Positions 13,535 to 27,405 of a DNA stretch of 64,000 nt are shown here, in pieces. The translations under genes were made by a program, and so were the position numbers. The notes under the pieces are model-generated. The model saw only the letters and a program-made list of their open reading frames with translations, ran no database searches and was not told the DNA's origin. Positions within the stretch are counted from its first letter, which is position 1; each line of letters starts with the position of its first letter. This DNA is from Eledone cirrhosa (taxonomy: Eukaryota): positions 59,768,001 through 59,832,000 of the forward strand of contig OZ024742.1 in the NCBI GenBank assembly GCA_964016885.1. Reading direction: 5' to 3'.

Positions 13535-14858
13535 TTCTGTATGTGAGTACGTATATTCGTGAAATTTATGTGCCAGTGGATGACTTTTCCAAAGACACGT
13601 GTAACCTTAACGTCGTTTTCAGGGAGATATACTGTGACACAGAGTCTAACAAGGCTGGCCCATTGAATTACTGCTGCAGAGATTGGAGCTAAAGGATTCT
13701 ACATACAAGGCAGCACCAGGAAACGAACCCGCTTACTATTGCGGCACACGTCTTTACAATCCATTGATACACATTAACCAGATATTATCAAAAGTAGTCA
13801 CACACGTATATACTTTGAGCGTATGAATGCGCAAGTTCAGGCACAAAGAAACACTTACAAACACAAATTGACTCTCACGTACATAAACATAAATAAGACT
13901 ATGCATGTAGGTATGCGTTCATAATGATTGCTTATGCCAATACACTTGGAAGCATTTACATATATATAATGTTATACATGCATATGCGTGTACACCCATA
14001 TTATATGTGAGCAGATACACATATAATTGCAAACTCTTCTATATTTAAAAATCGTTGACAATATATGCTGGCTTCTAAAATGCTTTTTAATTTATGCACA
14101 ATGTCAGAAAATTGCGATTATATCGACGCCATTATTTGGCTGATGCCTTATTTTGTCATCCTCGGAATGATGAAAGCACACTTGATCTTGGCGGGATTTG
14201 ATTTCAGTCAGTAGAGTATTAGAGAGAATTCTGTAAAACATTCTATTTGATGTTCTAATGAAACTGTCAATCCACCATCATCAAGCATGTTGATATAACA
14301 CATGAAAGATATCTGAAGAATGAATAATAAATAAGAACAAATGTAAATAAAACTCTTCATAATACATAGTTGTGCGAAAAATTCCTAGAAATTCTCCAAG
14401 CTGTCGCAACATTTTAAGTGTGTCGCTGATAATCTCTATAATGTCGGTAAACTATATCTAATCTAATTGAATTAATGAATATTAGGCTGTGAATTATATT
14501 TTAAAGTTTCGACAATCAGACTAAGAACTGGTGATATGAGATATATGATATATTTAATTGTTTATTTATTCATTTTGTCAAATAACGAGTCGGTAACAAA
14601 ACTGAGTTATACGTCTCGAAAACATTTTTCGCTCGTACGGAAAGATCTGACACACACGTATATACACACACACACACACGCACACACACAGAGGCATGTA
14701 TATATATACATATATATATATATATATGTGTGTGTATGTGTATGCATGTGTTATGTATAGAAGTGTGTGTACGTGTGTGCGTATGTGTATGTTCGTGTGT
14801 GTTTGTGTAGATTCACGCGTTGTGTAGAGATACGAATGAAGCAGTTCTAGTCATCTAA

Positions 14859-14897
<39 letters not shown>

Positions 14898-16439
14898 TGT
14901 GTGTGTGTGTATGTGTGAATATACCACCAACTTCTATGTGTTTTGCCTCTGATTCCACACACGGTTCATTGATCAACCTGGTGCTATAGTACTGTAATGA
15001 GCCCGGAAACACATGGGCTTGGAGCGAACTCTTTAGCGAGACAGCCATACCTGTGGATAGATATTGGTTTAAACTTTGTCACTTGCTTTATTGCAAAAAA
15101 ATATACTCATTTATAATATCTCTAAAGTCTTCTGTCACCTAAAGTTTAGAAAAGTGCATCGTGCAGGTCATGTGTACTTCTTCTACTCTGAATAGAATTA
15201 TTGGAATTATCAGTTGTTATCTTCCACTGTGAAATGGTGTTATCTATCACCGTATAGCTCAATTCATGATTGACTCATATCAGATTCGATTAAGCCTGGA
15301 GTTCTTAATTCTCTTCTTAGGAAACCTTTCAATGTGATTATTGTATTATCAATTGAGACTTCTTTGTTTAAATTAACGTAGACATAACTCTTTGTTGATT
15401 TATTGCAAATGGTTATTACTGATTGGTAGAAGGTGGTGGATTGTCAGTATCGCTAGAGCATCAGACAGCACGCTTTGCGGCATATAGTTACGGTCGATAA
15501 AATAAAGCACCAGTATCGCATTGGAGTCGATTTATTCGACATTCGCCTTCCCTTCAAATTGGTAGCCATGTGCTAGAAACAATTATTGATTGGTAGAATC
15601 GTAATAACTTCGGATTAAATGTCTTAGTATTCGTACTGACTTTCTACGTTGCCTGTTCAAATCCTATCAAGGCCAACTTTGATTTTCATCCTTTCGAGGT
15701 CAATACATAAAGTACTAGTCCTGCGTATTAAATTAAAGGAACTGTTAGAATGTCGCACGTGATGTCTTGTGCAATCTGTGTCGGTCATCTGACTTCTGAA
15801 ATCGTCTGCAAAGTCACTGGTCATTGCTTTTCTCATTCTCAATTCGAATGACGTGCATGCATGGGTATCTAATGGTCTTCCACAAAATATCTTGCTCATG
15901 CCTGTGCATTAGAAAAGAAATTTCCAGAGAATCATGTATGTTCTATAAACTTAATGAAGCCTAATTTATATATGTATTTAATTATTAATATAGATATAGT
16001 TATGCATGTACTGGTGTCGATATGTGTTAGTATAGCAGATTTTATGTATGTATATATGAGTCCGTATATGTCTGCAGAATATGATGAAACCAGTAGGTGT
16101 GACTTGTGAAATATTAGAAGCAGGAAATGCTAAATCATCTGATTGCACAACCATTTAATAAGAAAATATAATCCAAATATGGAAAATTACTGAAATAATA
16201 ATTTTTGTTTTGAAACAAGTTCGGTATCTTGAAGGGAAGGGGAAAATCGATTAAATCAAATCTAATCCATTACTGGGAAGGATGAAATATAAGGCTAACC
16301 TCGGCGGGATTTGATAGCAGAACGTAAACATCCGTAACTATATACAGGAAAATCCCGTTTTCCGATGCCCTACTGATACTGCCAATCCACTGCCTTAATT
16401 TACTCTTCGGGGCAAGTACAACCAATTGCTCAAACGCAA

Positions 16440-16900
16440 GTATTTACCTAAGGATCGAGTACAATTATTTAGAGGAGATGGTCAATATATATGGAGGGCA
16501 GACAAAATAGTATGATGTCATGATAGTTACATTGGTGGTGAAGGAGGCGTTTGAGAATACATTCTGGTCCCTCTATCACCAGTTGTGGAGCTCGTGAAAT
16601 GGGTTGTGGGCAATATCCTTCCTTTCGTAAGGAAACAGTAAAAAAATACGATACGCACAAAGTTAGAAATATTTCCAGATTTGCTTCAGGATATGTACCA
16701 CATTTTATTGCCATAGTGGTTGGATAATAATTCAAATTGTTATTCAGAAATCATTTGACAGTCATGAAGATCTGGCATTTCGTTAGGCTTTGGGCAGATA
16801 GGATTGCATTATTCAGTGTTCACTGTTAAATAGATTTAGTCTGTCTTGAGGAAGATTTGGCTCATATTTTGAGTAGGTAGAGCTAAAATTGTTGTTCCGA
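16440..16900 (-). pseudogene. Possible very old PLE RT remnant
   Basis: TMAIKCGTYPEANL resembles GTAMGTxxAPxYANL, and RKEGYCPQPISRA resembles RGYPxxxIxxA. Confidence 0.4.
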
Positions 16901-17127
16901 AATGCTATAGTAACTCAAAATGTATGTCAAATAGATAGTAACGAGGCTTATGTGGGGGATCACTCGATGTGTTGAAAATAGCTGCAAAATAGGGTTTAAA
17001 ATATAAAATGCAAGTATTCATTGGCATTATTGCTCTGACAAATTGTCTCTAACTTAAAGTCCCTAATGTTGATTGAATTTTGCTTCTCTAGAAAAATATT
17101 ATGAAACACTAATTCACCAAAAATATA

Positions 17128-17313
17128 TTTGTTTCTACTTTTGGCACAAGGCCAACAATTATTCCAGTGTATTACTGGTACTTTATTTTATCGATACCGC
17201 AACGATGAAAGGCAAAGTTAACCTCGGCGGGATTTGAACTCAGACCATAAGGGGCCGTAACTCTTTGCTGCAAAGCATGGCGTCCGACCCTCTACCGATA
17301 CTGCCAATTCACC
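17128..17313 (-). mobile_element. tRNA-derived SINE
   Basis: Same family as 7891-8080; flanking duplication aattcaccaaaaatata. Confidence 0.9.
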
Positions 17314-18117
17314 AAAAATATACTGTCAGGTGTTTTGACGTAAACACATATTTTAACTACTGTCGTCGTTGAAATACCTTTAATAATGGATCTGCTAAAC
17401 GAGAACTGACCTTACACGCAACACCACTGTTAAAAAAATCAGCAGCAGCAAAGCAACAACAATAACAGCAACCACACGAATAAAGTAACAAAAAAAAACA
17501 ATCCATTAAAATATGCTTTTTTCACTTGTCGCTTGTGGAACCGTAATTTGCGAAGCAAGCAATATAATAATTATTATACAATTTCAAATGGATTTACATA
17601 CATATTATACATTAGCAAACAAATTTCGGAGAGAGAGAAAGAAAAAGGAGATTAAAATATGTTTCATATGGAAGATATGCTATAAAATTATCGGAAATTC
17701 TTGCCAAAATAAACCATTCATACTACGAACGTTACTCACTACAAACAGTTCTTACTTGAATGCATTGGGCATAACTATATCGCCTTCGATGTTAAGATAT
17801 TATGATAACATGAAAGCGCCAGAGACTCATAAAAATGATAAAGAAAACATTTTCATCACTTCAATTTGAATTGAAATCCTTACATATAGTTTTTGCGTGG
17901 GATTAGCTTGCACAACACCAGCTAAAGCAAAAAACAAAAAGAAAAATATTTTTTTTTTAACTTATGTAAATGAATTAAGTTATATGTGAAGATTGACACC
18001 CGTATTGAAAGTTATGAATTGGAGATGGATTGAATGTAGATGTTTGCATGAACGAATATGATTTAGAAAAATGTTAAAGATCCAACTGAGTAAAAATGAA
18101 AGTAGTAATTTAAATAA

Positions 18118-18300
18118 TAATAGTTTCTTCTATAGGCACAAGGCCAGTAATTTGGGGGGGGGGGGAGTCGATTATATCGACCCCCAGTGCGTGATTGGTA
18201 CTTTATTTTATCGATCCCGTAAGGATGAAAGGCAAAGGGAACCTCGGCGGGATTTGAACTCAGTCTATAACTCTATGCTGCAAAGCATGGCGTCCGATGA
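18118..18300 (-). mobile_element. tRNA-derived SINE, subfamily with gggggagtcgattatatcgacccc insert
   Basis: Shares the Meta-like core and B-box with the other copies. Confidence 0.85.
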
Positions 18301-18302
18301 TT

Positions 18303-18725
18303 AAAACAATAATAATAATAATGCTTTCATATATTGGCCAAAAGGTCCGACATATAGGGGACAATACAAAGATAGGGAGAGTGGGCGGGGTCGTTACAAG
18401 AAAATTGACTAAAAATACACAATAACAAACAACAATAAAAATATATGGAAATATGAAATATATAAAAATATAACAAAATAAAGTCCCCACTAGTGGGACC
18501 AACAACCAGAGGTGACTCAAGTTCTCCACCAATCCTGAACCAACCGACGCTTCAAGGGCAACCGGGAAGGGGACCCCGCTACTTCTGAAATTAAGCAGCC
18601 TACAGCCGCATGGTCAGAGTAGCCCCATTCACACGGACCAGTTTCGCCTCATTCACACATTTAACAAATGTACTGAGGTGCAGCACTTACGGATCAATTG
18701 AACACGTTCTGTCGAGAGAAGCTCC
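18303..18725 (-). mobile_element. 3' end of a Tx1-type LINE
   Basis: C-terminus LVRVNGATLTMRL* followed by a T-rich 3'UTR ending in (ATT)n; similar to the 3' end of the fragment at 19075. Confidence 0.6.
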
Positions 18726-18767
18726 AGAAAATTATTTGTTTATTTATATCGATTTATTTTGATAATA

Positions 18768-18945
18768 ATTATTTCTACTTTTGGCACAAGGTCAGCAATT
18801 ACCCCAGAGTATTACTGGTGCTTTATGTTATCGAGCCCGTAAGGATGAAAGGCAAAGCTAACTTCGACGGGATTTGAATTCAGAACGTAAAGGGCCATAA
18901 CTCTATGCTGCAAAGCTTGGTGTCTGACGCTCTACCGATACTTCC
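18768..18945 (-). mobile_element. tRNA-derived SINE
   Basis: Same family, moderately diverged. Confidence 0.85.
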
Positions 18946-19074
18946 AAACTCTTAATAGTAATATAATTTGTAATATAATTTGTTTATTAGACAGCAGTGA
19001 CGAAATCCTTAAGGATTATAAAAATAGCAATCAAAGTTCGGACTTACAAAGTTAGGAATTAACTAAAAACTTGA

Positions 19075-19900
19075 TGCTCCAATAGCATCATGAGGGTGCA
19101 ACCGAGAATCCCCGCACATCTCAGATCACTCTGGTCGCCAAGAGTAGCTTAGGCAAATGATTCTCGTCCACTAATTCCAGCCAACCAATGCATGCTCAGT
19201 GAAGTTCCATCCACTCTGGCTATTGTCGTTACATTCACCCGCCTCCTATCAACAATTACTCAGCGGGTCAACACTTGAAGTAAACGAGAGCTTGGACGAA
19301 GAGGAATAAATAAGTGTTCAATCCTTTTAGCTACATTACACAACACACTCCCTTCCGCGATAGCCATTAGATACGAAAATTGCCCGTCCTTCGCGGAGGC
19401 GGGCTGGTCCTCTAGAGGGATTCAACCGACATCTCAATCCACCATAGTGGCAAAAACAGCTATTCGATAAGAATCTACTTGTTAGCAATTAACTGACATT
19501 GGAAGAGTACATACAGATGGGTTTTGTGTATCTGCGCGCATTTCGGACAGGCCTGTCTTACAACACTTCTATGTCTGGAGAGAACGTCTCGAAACGGCAA
19601 TGACTCTTGGAAGCACTGTCAGATTAGGGGATTTTGGTTGTTATCTTTAGTCCCTCTGTGGAACGTCATCAGGAACATATCAGCCAATCAATCCTCTACA
19701 GAACATTAATTGGTAGTTCCACTGACCGCATTATCTAACTGATAAACAATTGTGAGCGCCTGATAATATTCCACGTGTCACACACCCAATTTCCGTTTTC
19801 ACTTGAGCCAGAACTGCAGACAAATCAGAATGACTCCCAACCGAATGTTTGACCACACAGTTACTCAAACCAGCATTACGATTATGAATTGTATCATTTT
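19075..19900 (-). mobile_element. Decayed Tx1-type LINE ORF2 C-terminal fragment
   Basis: LPFRDVLSRHRSVVRQACPKCAQ aligns with LPVRDKLYRHGSAVSRACPRCAQ at about 63640-63710; ends VNVTTIARVDGTSLSM. Confidence 0.75.
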
Positions 19901-20339
19901 ATTGCGAAACACTTCAACAGAAAACATAGTTTTCTTGAACATCCTGATCAATAAACGAATGCTTATAAATATTACATCGCTGAAACAACGCAACAACGCG
20001 TATGGAACATTTTCAATAGTAAATGCTAATCGATAAGCAGTCACAGATTCCACTCCCAAACAAGAATATCAGAGATATAGAATGAAGTTATAATAGAAAA
20101 CACTTGGTTAAATGTGATGTAATTATTCTCTCTATCTCTCTCTCTCTCTCTCTGCCTCCCTCCCTCCCCCTTCTCTCTCGACATCCCAAACACATACACG
20201 TACGCACATTAACATACACATATATAAGTTAGGGGGGTCCTGTATATATCTAACCATCTCACTATGATGTAATCTAACAATGAGATATTAAATATATATC
20301 TGATTGTTACAAACATACATGCAAACAAAACTCCCCCCG

Positions 20340-20395
<56 letters not shown>

Positions 20396-20540
20396 CCTAA
20401 ATACAAAAAAAATATATACGTTGAACCATTTCAAAATTATGAATATACTCGTGTATGTATATAAAAAAACTTGAATTGAAAAATTTGTATTGTTGCCCCA
20501 ACATAGTGCTATACACATATATGTATGTATTGCCTATTAA

Positions 20541-21040
20541 ATAATATACAGGGAGTTTATGAAAGAATTTTGAAGGCCTTTCACTATGAAATTTCATGGT
20601 TATAAACGAAGATCACACGCCTATCCTTAGCAAAAGAAGAGGGAAGTAATCGGCAATGCATCGTTTGTCGCTCTTTTGCGTTTATCAAGACTACATATCT
20701 CCCCACTTCAGCTGAGGTTAAAATGAGGTAGAATCTTATGGAATTTTGCTTGTGTCTATGAGCTGATGAAACTTATTTACATACGGAGTGGTAGCCGGTC
20801 AGGCTTAAAATAAATAAAAAAATGGAATGATGATCCAGCATAGCGATGTACACATATGGGAACGTATTGTATATTGTATATTGAACAATACACGGGGTGT
20901 TTATGAGAAGCATTTGTGGGCCTTTCACTATGAACTTTTAAGGTTGTAATCAACGTTACACACCAAACCTATGCACAAATAGGGAGACGTAATCGACAAT
21001 GCATCGTTTCTCGTTATTTTGTGTTTATGAAGACAACATT
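20541..21040 (-). repeat. Two diverged direct repeats of about 155 bp (343-bp period), each with a degenerate hammerhead
   Basis: 20541-20696 aligns with 20885-21039. Hammerhead-like motifs at 20646-20694 and 20989-21037. Confidence 0.65.
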
Positions 21041-21171
21041 GGCCCAGACGACGACTATACATACACACACATACACCCCCACATAGGTGTAAGCGTGTTT
21101 ATGCATATTCGCCAATTGTGCGTATGCTTATATTTGTTTGTACATATACATGTATTCCTTTAATATTATTT

Positions 21172-21290
21172 CTGAGTTCAAACCCCGCCGAGGTTAACTT
21201 TGCCTTTCATCCTTACGGGGTCGATAAAATAAAGTACCAGTAATACACTGGGTAATTGCTGGCCTTGTGCCAAAAGTAGAAACAATTATT
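21172..21290 (+). mobile_element. 5'-truncated SINE
   Basis: Runs from the B-box to the 3' end agaaacaattatt. Confidence 0.88.
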
Positions 21291-21811
21291 ATGAAGTTAG
21301 ACCGATAAAAACAGGGGTATAGTTTAGAGTAGATGATTAATCCATCAAAGCAATCTTATTTAACAAACATTATAATAACAATGAAACACTAGAAGAGTAT
21401 TTCCGATATATTTCACGACGGAATATTATGTGAAAAAGATAATAAAGGGAGAGAGCATAAAGGCACCTTCACATAAATCTTTCACACAAGTAATGTTTCT
21501 AAATATTACAACACAGTGATGTATTGCTGCCTCTAATAATGTTTGTAATCCTTAAACTGTGATGTTTCTATATTTGATCCCATTTTAATAATAATTTGCA
21601 TTATTAAACTGTCTATTATCACGTAATAAACAATGGTTTCGCAAATATAGAAGAATTCTTTTTATCTTTTCTGCGTTAATATAAATCTGAGAACATTCGT
21701 TTAACTTGTAGAATATATATACTATATTCAATTATATACTTCTTAATTTAGGTGACGAATAATGTTGAAATTTAAACAGCTCAATATATCAATGGCCACA
21801 ATGCTTCCCTT

Positions 21812-21892
<81 letters not shown>

Positions 21893-23106
21893 ATATCTGT
21901 CTGTTTGTCTATTTACAATTGCATATCACTTAAGTTTAATCATTCTTTTGAAATTTATAATAATTACATAATACTTCCTCATTCTACCAAATTATTTCAA
22001 TTGAGTAATGATTTCGTTATTTTGAAGTGAATGGATTTTGCTTCAATTGTTAGCTTCTGTGGAGAATATCTAGCAACGATTTTAATTTAAATTGATGCGT
22101 AATATGAAGATATTCACTTGAGGAAACAGCAGCGGGAATATAGATTATAATAATACAGATTATGAAGAATTGAACAAATCAATTCTTGCATACGTCCGAG
22201 GCCTCATATTTGTGTTAGTCAATGATATCGAGATCCAGTATGTGTATGTTTGTGTGTAGAAATACCAGACCACCGCCCATTTTGATGAAGTGTCTTCCAG
22301 ATCATGTGTTGAACGGTACAATGGGCTCGTGAAATTAATGGGTAGGTGGTTGCGTATTTCTCAGACATGTTTCTCAGTGGGGTTCACTATGACAGAGTGC
22401 GCGGTAAGACTGGCCCCTCGAAGTACAAAAATTATAAACAAACAAAATCAATTCATTTTTTCTCTGGGTGGATTGGAGTGACGTGAAATAATGTCTTGTC
22501 CAAATACACAACATGCCGGCGGTATTCATACTCAGGAACTTATGATCGTAAGCCAAATCTCCTAACCATCAAACAATTTACCTTCAGTAAACCGAGCTTA
22601 GTATCTTCCAACAAAATAATGAGAAGGAAAAGAAGCTCTTGCATTGGAATCATTTTTTCTAGCATAGGCCCATGTCCAGAAATTTGGTCAAAGGGACAGT
22701 TAATCAAATCGACTCCACTTTCTGATAGGTTGTATACTATATTGTCGCCAGTTGGATAATAGAGTATATTGTCCCTGGTGAGTATGAAGTGAAAAATCAA
22801 AGTGTCGGAAAAATACATAGGGCATTTTGTCAAATGTGTTAGAATTATGCTGTTTTGATTTTATCAAAACTAATTCCTCATTAAAATTCCGAAGATTCAG
22901 AAGATGAGAGTATAGTAATCTGTAAACCTGAATTGTTTCCTTTGCAATAACTAACACTTTTATTCCATCTCAATATTTCTGATTAATTGCTGTCATTGCG
23001 GATTGTATATTGCACAATAATCTAAGGGCACTTATCAAACCGTCAATTTTTACTTTTATAACTCGTAGGTCTGACAGAAAGCTCCTCTCTCAAACACGCT
23101 CTCTCC

Positions 23107-23182
<76 letters not shown>

Positions 23183-23314
23183 ATATATATATATATATAT
23201 ATTTGTCTATCTATCTATCCATATTGACATATATATATACTGGACAAGCCCGCTGCCGACCCTTATGCAGATTGTGGGTTGTGATGGAACTGACTGTTGG
23301 AATATGCACTTATT

Positions 23315-23369
23315 TATCTAACTGATGATAGCAGTTTAGCGTTTGGTGAAACTGGCACTGGTTTGGATA
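23315..23369 (+). ncRNA. Possible degenerate hammerhead
   Basis: tatcta(a) CTGATGA ... GAAAC tggcactg GTT tggata; stem II is weak. Confidence 0.35.
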
Positions 23370-23964
23370 TATATCAATATGTTTTGATATTTTTATTAAT
23401 AGATTCGATTATCGATTGTTTGATATTAGTTGTATTACTTTTGTTGGGAAGCCACAGTAATTTTGATATTTTTATTGATTTAATGGTTGATTGCTTGTTA
23501 TTCATGTAAATTTCTATTGATAACTCTAATTAATTTGTTCAATATTGCCACTATACCACTGATTCTGTAGTGCGTACTCCGTTCCTGAATTCATTTTCGT
23601 TGAATTCATTTGAGTAAGATAGTGTGCGGCAACTCGTGGTAATGTGAATTAGCAATTGTATTAATGTATATATATAACGTACCCATAAAGACGCCCATCA
23701 CATAAAGTACCGCAACTGGACACCTAAAACCACTTGCTATAGTCACACACAAAGCCGCCACTGTAAATACCACTCTTGACGACAATTAGAACTGCTGGTA
23801 TTGTTGGCGTCGATGCCAAAACACAATTCTATATCAAAACAAATCTCTTAGACCTTGTCTTCAGTGTCAACCATCCTATACTTTCACACCTATACATAAC
23901 TTTTTTTCTTTAATTTTCTCCTCTTTCCTTTTAAAGGAATTACGGCAAACAAACAAAGAGAGTA

Positions 23965-24171
23965 CTAGCAGAATGGCCTGGCGTTGCTCGGGATTTGCTC
24001 TAGGGTTCTTATATATTTGATATATATTTATCTTTACCGAGCCTCGTGAAATAAATACGTTTGTTTATATTTTGTTATTGTGTATGCAAAAATATCTGTA
24101 CACGAATATATTATATATATATATTTATTAAAATGACAGATTAAAGTTTTAGTCTTCAAATTTATTATCAT

Positions 24172-24212
<41 letters not shown>

Positions 24213-24279
24213 TATATAGTATATATATATATTAAAAAAAAAAAATATATATATATATATATATAGATATAGATATATA

Positions 24280-24329
<50 letters not shown>

Positions 24330-24796
24330 CAGATTAAAGTTTAAGCAAAGAATCGCTGTTTTCACCCTTAACGGGATCTTCTGAAAGTAAAAAAAAATCA
24401 ATCTGTGAACACAGAATTAAATATTTCGAAAAGCGTTACACACTATATATATATATATATATACACGCACACACATATAGCGTAACGTCGTAATGTCGTA
24501 ATGCAGACATCAGACAGACAGACAGATACACTATATACAGATACACACACACAGCGACATAATGTCGTAATGCAGACAGTTAGACATACAGACAGATATT
24601 ATAAGGGCGCAGCGTTATATCTATGTATCTATCTAAATCACCTAATGCGGTCCCTAGGGCATTGAAAATTTGAAAGGTTCTTTGCTCAAAACACTCACAG
24701 GACCATAATTATTACATGTGTAAAGTTTGAAAACAATCGGTTATTAGGGAGTCAGACAGACAGACATACAGACATTCTCTGTTTTAGATATATAGA
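23965..24796 (-). mobile_element. Non-autonomous Helitron
   Basis: On the minus strand the 5' end is TCTATATATCTAAAAC and the 3' end is the hairpin CCCGAGCAACGCCAGG followed by ccattctgCTAG. Inserted between A and T. Internal homology to 25870-26768. Confidence 0.85.
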
Positions 24797-25357
24797 TAAT
24801 TGATTCGGAGATGGCCCGCGAATTCGGTGTTATTGTTGCGAATCAATTATATTATCTATTCTTTGTTTGTATCTGCCGTAATTCCCTTTATGCAATTCAC
24901 ATCTGATGAAATCACCAGTGTCTTACGTAACCACATAATTGAAATAGATATGGCGTTTTTTGCAACAATAAAACTTTAAAGAAATATCTCCAGTCCAGCC
25001 TTTATAAATATTTAACACCGTCCTTGCACCAGCCACGGGATTCAACATCTACAATGGATGAGCTGCATAACGTAGAGCGCTTTTCTTACTGGTATATCAT
25101 GATTAACTAAACGGAATGTCCAGCTATATCCATTGGTGAACCACACTATATATATATATATAGAGAGAGAGAGAGAATAACGTTTACAATATTAGCAATG
25201 GGAGATTCCTAGAAGAGCAGTATAGATTAAGCCTGTTCTGCCGAATGACCGTATATATAATTCTCCAGCTGGTAGGTTTAGCTATCATTGATTCGGTTTT
25301 GCAGCACAGAAGTGATAAATAACCTTCTATTTGATATTGATATATATATATATATAT

Positions 25358-25844
25358 ATAAACGGAAAAAATGACACAAAATTTCATTTCCCACTCTTAG
25401 TACGGCTGTTACTTAAATATAAGTATGTACACGTACATACATATATGTATACAGACGTACAGTAGTATGTATATATATATACATACATGCACACATATAT
25501 ATATATGTACGTATGGATTCACCGAACATTTATTATAATGCTCGGTGTGTTTGTAAACAAACATCCCGTATTAAGCCTTACAGTGTCTAGCAACCATCGT
25601 TGCTCGTTTGTTCAACACTGACAAAGAACGCTGAACTAGTGTCAAGCTTATTAGCTATCGTCAGCAACGTATACCTTCCTGCCAGATTGTTGAACGTATA
25701 TACTTACCTTATGCATATTAACGGCTGAGTAGCCCAATTTGCATATCGAGTGGGTTACTCGGCCGGGTGCACCGAAAACGATAAACGGAAAAAATGAAAC
25801 AAAATTTCATTTCCCACTCTTAGTACGGCTGTTACTTAAATATA
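25358..25844. repeat. 423-bp unit bounded by 64-bp direct repeats, in (TA)n
   Basis: 25358-25421 matches 25781-25844 with one mismatch seen. GC-rich hairpin at 25722-25765. Confidence 0.8.
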
Positions 25845-25869
25845 TATATATATATACATTATATTTTTA

Positions 25870-26768
25870 TCTATATATATAAAACTGAGGATGTCTGTCT
25901 GTGTGTGTGTGTGAGTTTGAATCCCTAAAACTCGAGAAGCACTCAACCGACTGTTTTCAAATTTTACACATGTAATACTTATGCCCAAGGGATCGCATTA
26001 GGCGATTTAACGATCTCTCTCTATAATTCTTAGTCTTTCTCTTTTTAGATAGATACATACATATAACGTCGCGCCCTTATAATATATGTCTGTATGTCTG
26101 ACTGTCTGTATTACATCACTTCCCCGAGCATATCTGTCCGTGTGTGTGTGTGTGTGTGTGTGTCTGTTTGTGAGTTTGAATCCCTAAAACTCGAGAAGTA
26201 CCTAACTGATTTTTTTCAAACTTTACATGTGTATTACTTATCTTTCAGGGAGTGTTATGCACATAACAAAATCCAGCTTTTTGATCTCCTAGGGCCCGCA
26301 TTAGGTGAAAAACTGCGTTTTTAAAGCTTTTTATGGCTTTTTGAGGCGTTACGTTCGACCCATTTCCTTGAAATTGTAACTCTGTATTAGTCAGTCTCTT
26401 CTTCATACCGTGAGCAAAGAAAATCCAACTTTCTATGGCCTAGGTCCCGCATTAGGTGAAAAACTTCATTTTTTCAGCTTTTTCGGGCCTTTCGGAGGCG
26501 TAACGTCTAGCCGATTTTCCCCAAATTTCAAGGCATATTATGCACATAAAAAAAATTTATTTTCTTGATCCCCTAGGGTCCGCATTAGGTGAAAACCTGC
26601 TTTTTTCCTGCTTCATCAAGGAAAATCTTAAAGATTATCCAGCCATCAGAGTATTCGGTTTATTTTCTTTACATATTGTCCAGGCATGCAGTCTTTTCAC
26701 GATTAGGTCTGTTGGTGGCCCGCATTCCAAAATACCTCATCCCGTGCAACGCCGGGTACCACTGCTAG
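25870..26768 (+). mobile_element. Non-autonomous Helitron
   Basis: A|TCTATATATATAAAAC at the 5' end and CCCGTGCAACGCCGGG-taccactg-CTAG|T at the 3' end; internal tandem cccgcattaggtgaaaa repeats. Confidence 0.88.
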
Positions 26769-27244
26769 TAATATATATTTTTTAAAATTATATTTTTTAT
26801 TCTTTTCAATACAATTAATTATACCTTCTCACACACATCTCTAAAACAAAGATAGTTGTCCAATTAATGTGTACTGGATTTCTATAAAGAACATAACGGA
26901 AATCGATAAAAGTAAATATTGAAACCTGTTACATTAAATGTTAATGAGCATAATATATATTTCTAAATATATTTTTAAGATTTCGTCTGGCAATTAATAT
27001 CCTACTCTCAGAAGTTGTCTCGATATCTAATATTTGAAAGCTAATTATTTGAACGTGAGATGGATATGAAACATATGACATACTTATAATTACACCAGGC
27101 AGGTGACTGAATAAACAGAATTTTATTGTCGAATAGATTACGCTACGAATAGGCAGTCATTAGAACATAGGATAGATTGTTTCTGAGCTCAAATCTCTCC
27201 GAAGTAAACAATGACTTGTATACATTCAATCTCGATAAATAATT

Positions 27245-27405
27245 TTTTATACTTTTGACACAAGGCCAGCAATTATTCCCAGTGCATGACCGGTATTTTA
27301 TTTTACCGACCCCGATAGGATGAAAGGCAGAGTTAACCTCGGCGAGATTTGAACTCAGACCGTAACTCTATGCTGCTAAGCATGGCGTCCGACCCTCTAC
27401 CGTTA
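27245..27405 (-). mobile_element. tRNA-derived SINE
   Basis: Same family as the other copies. Confidence 0.85.

Noticed and set aside
24898-24955. Hammerhead-like CTGATGA...GAAA
   Set aside because: Stems I and II could not be paired convincingly. It is at most a relic.
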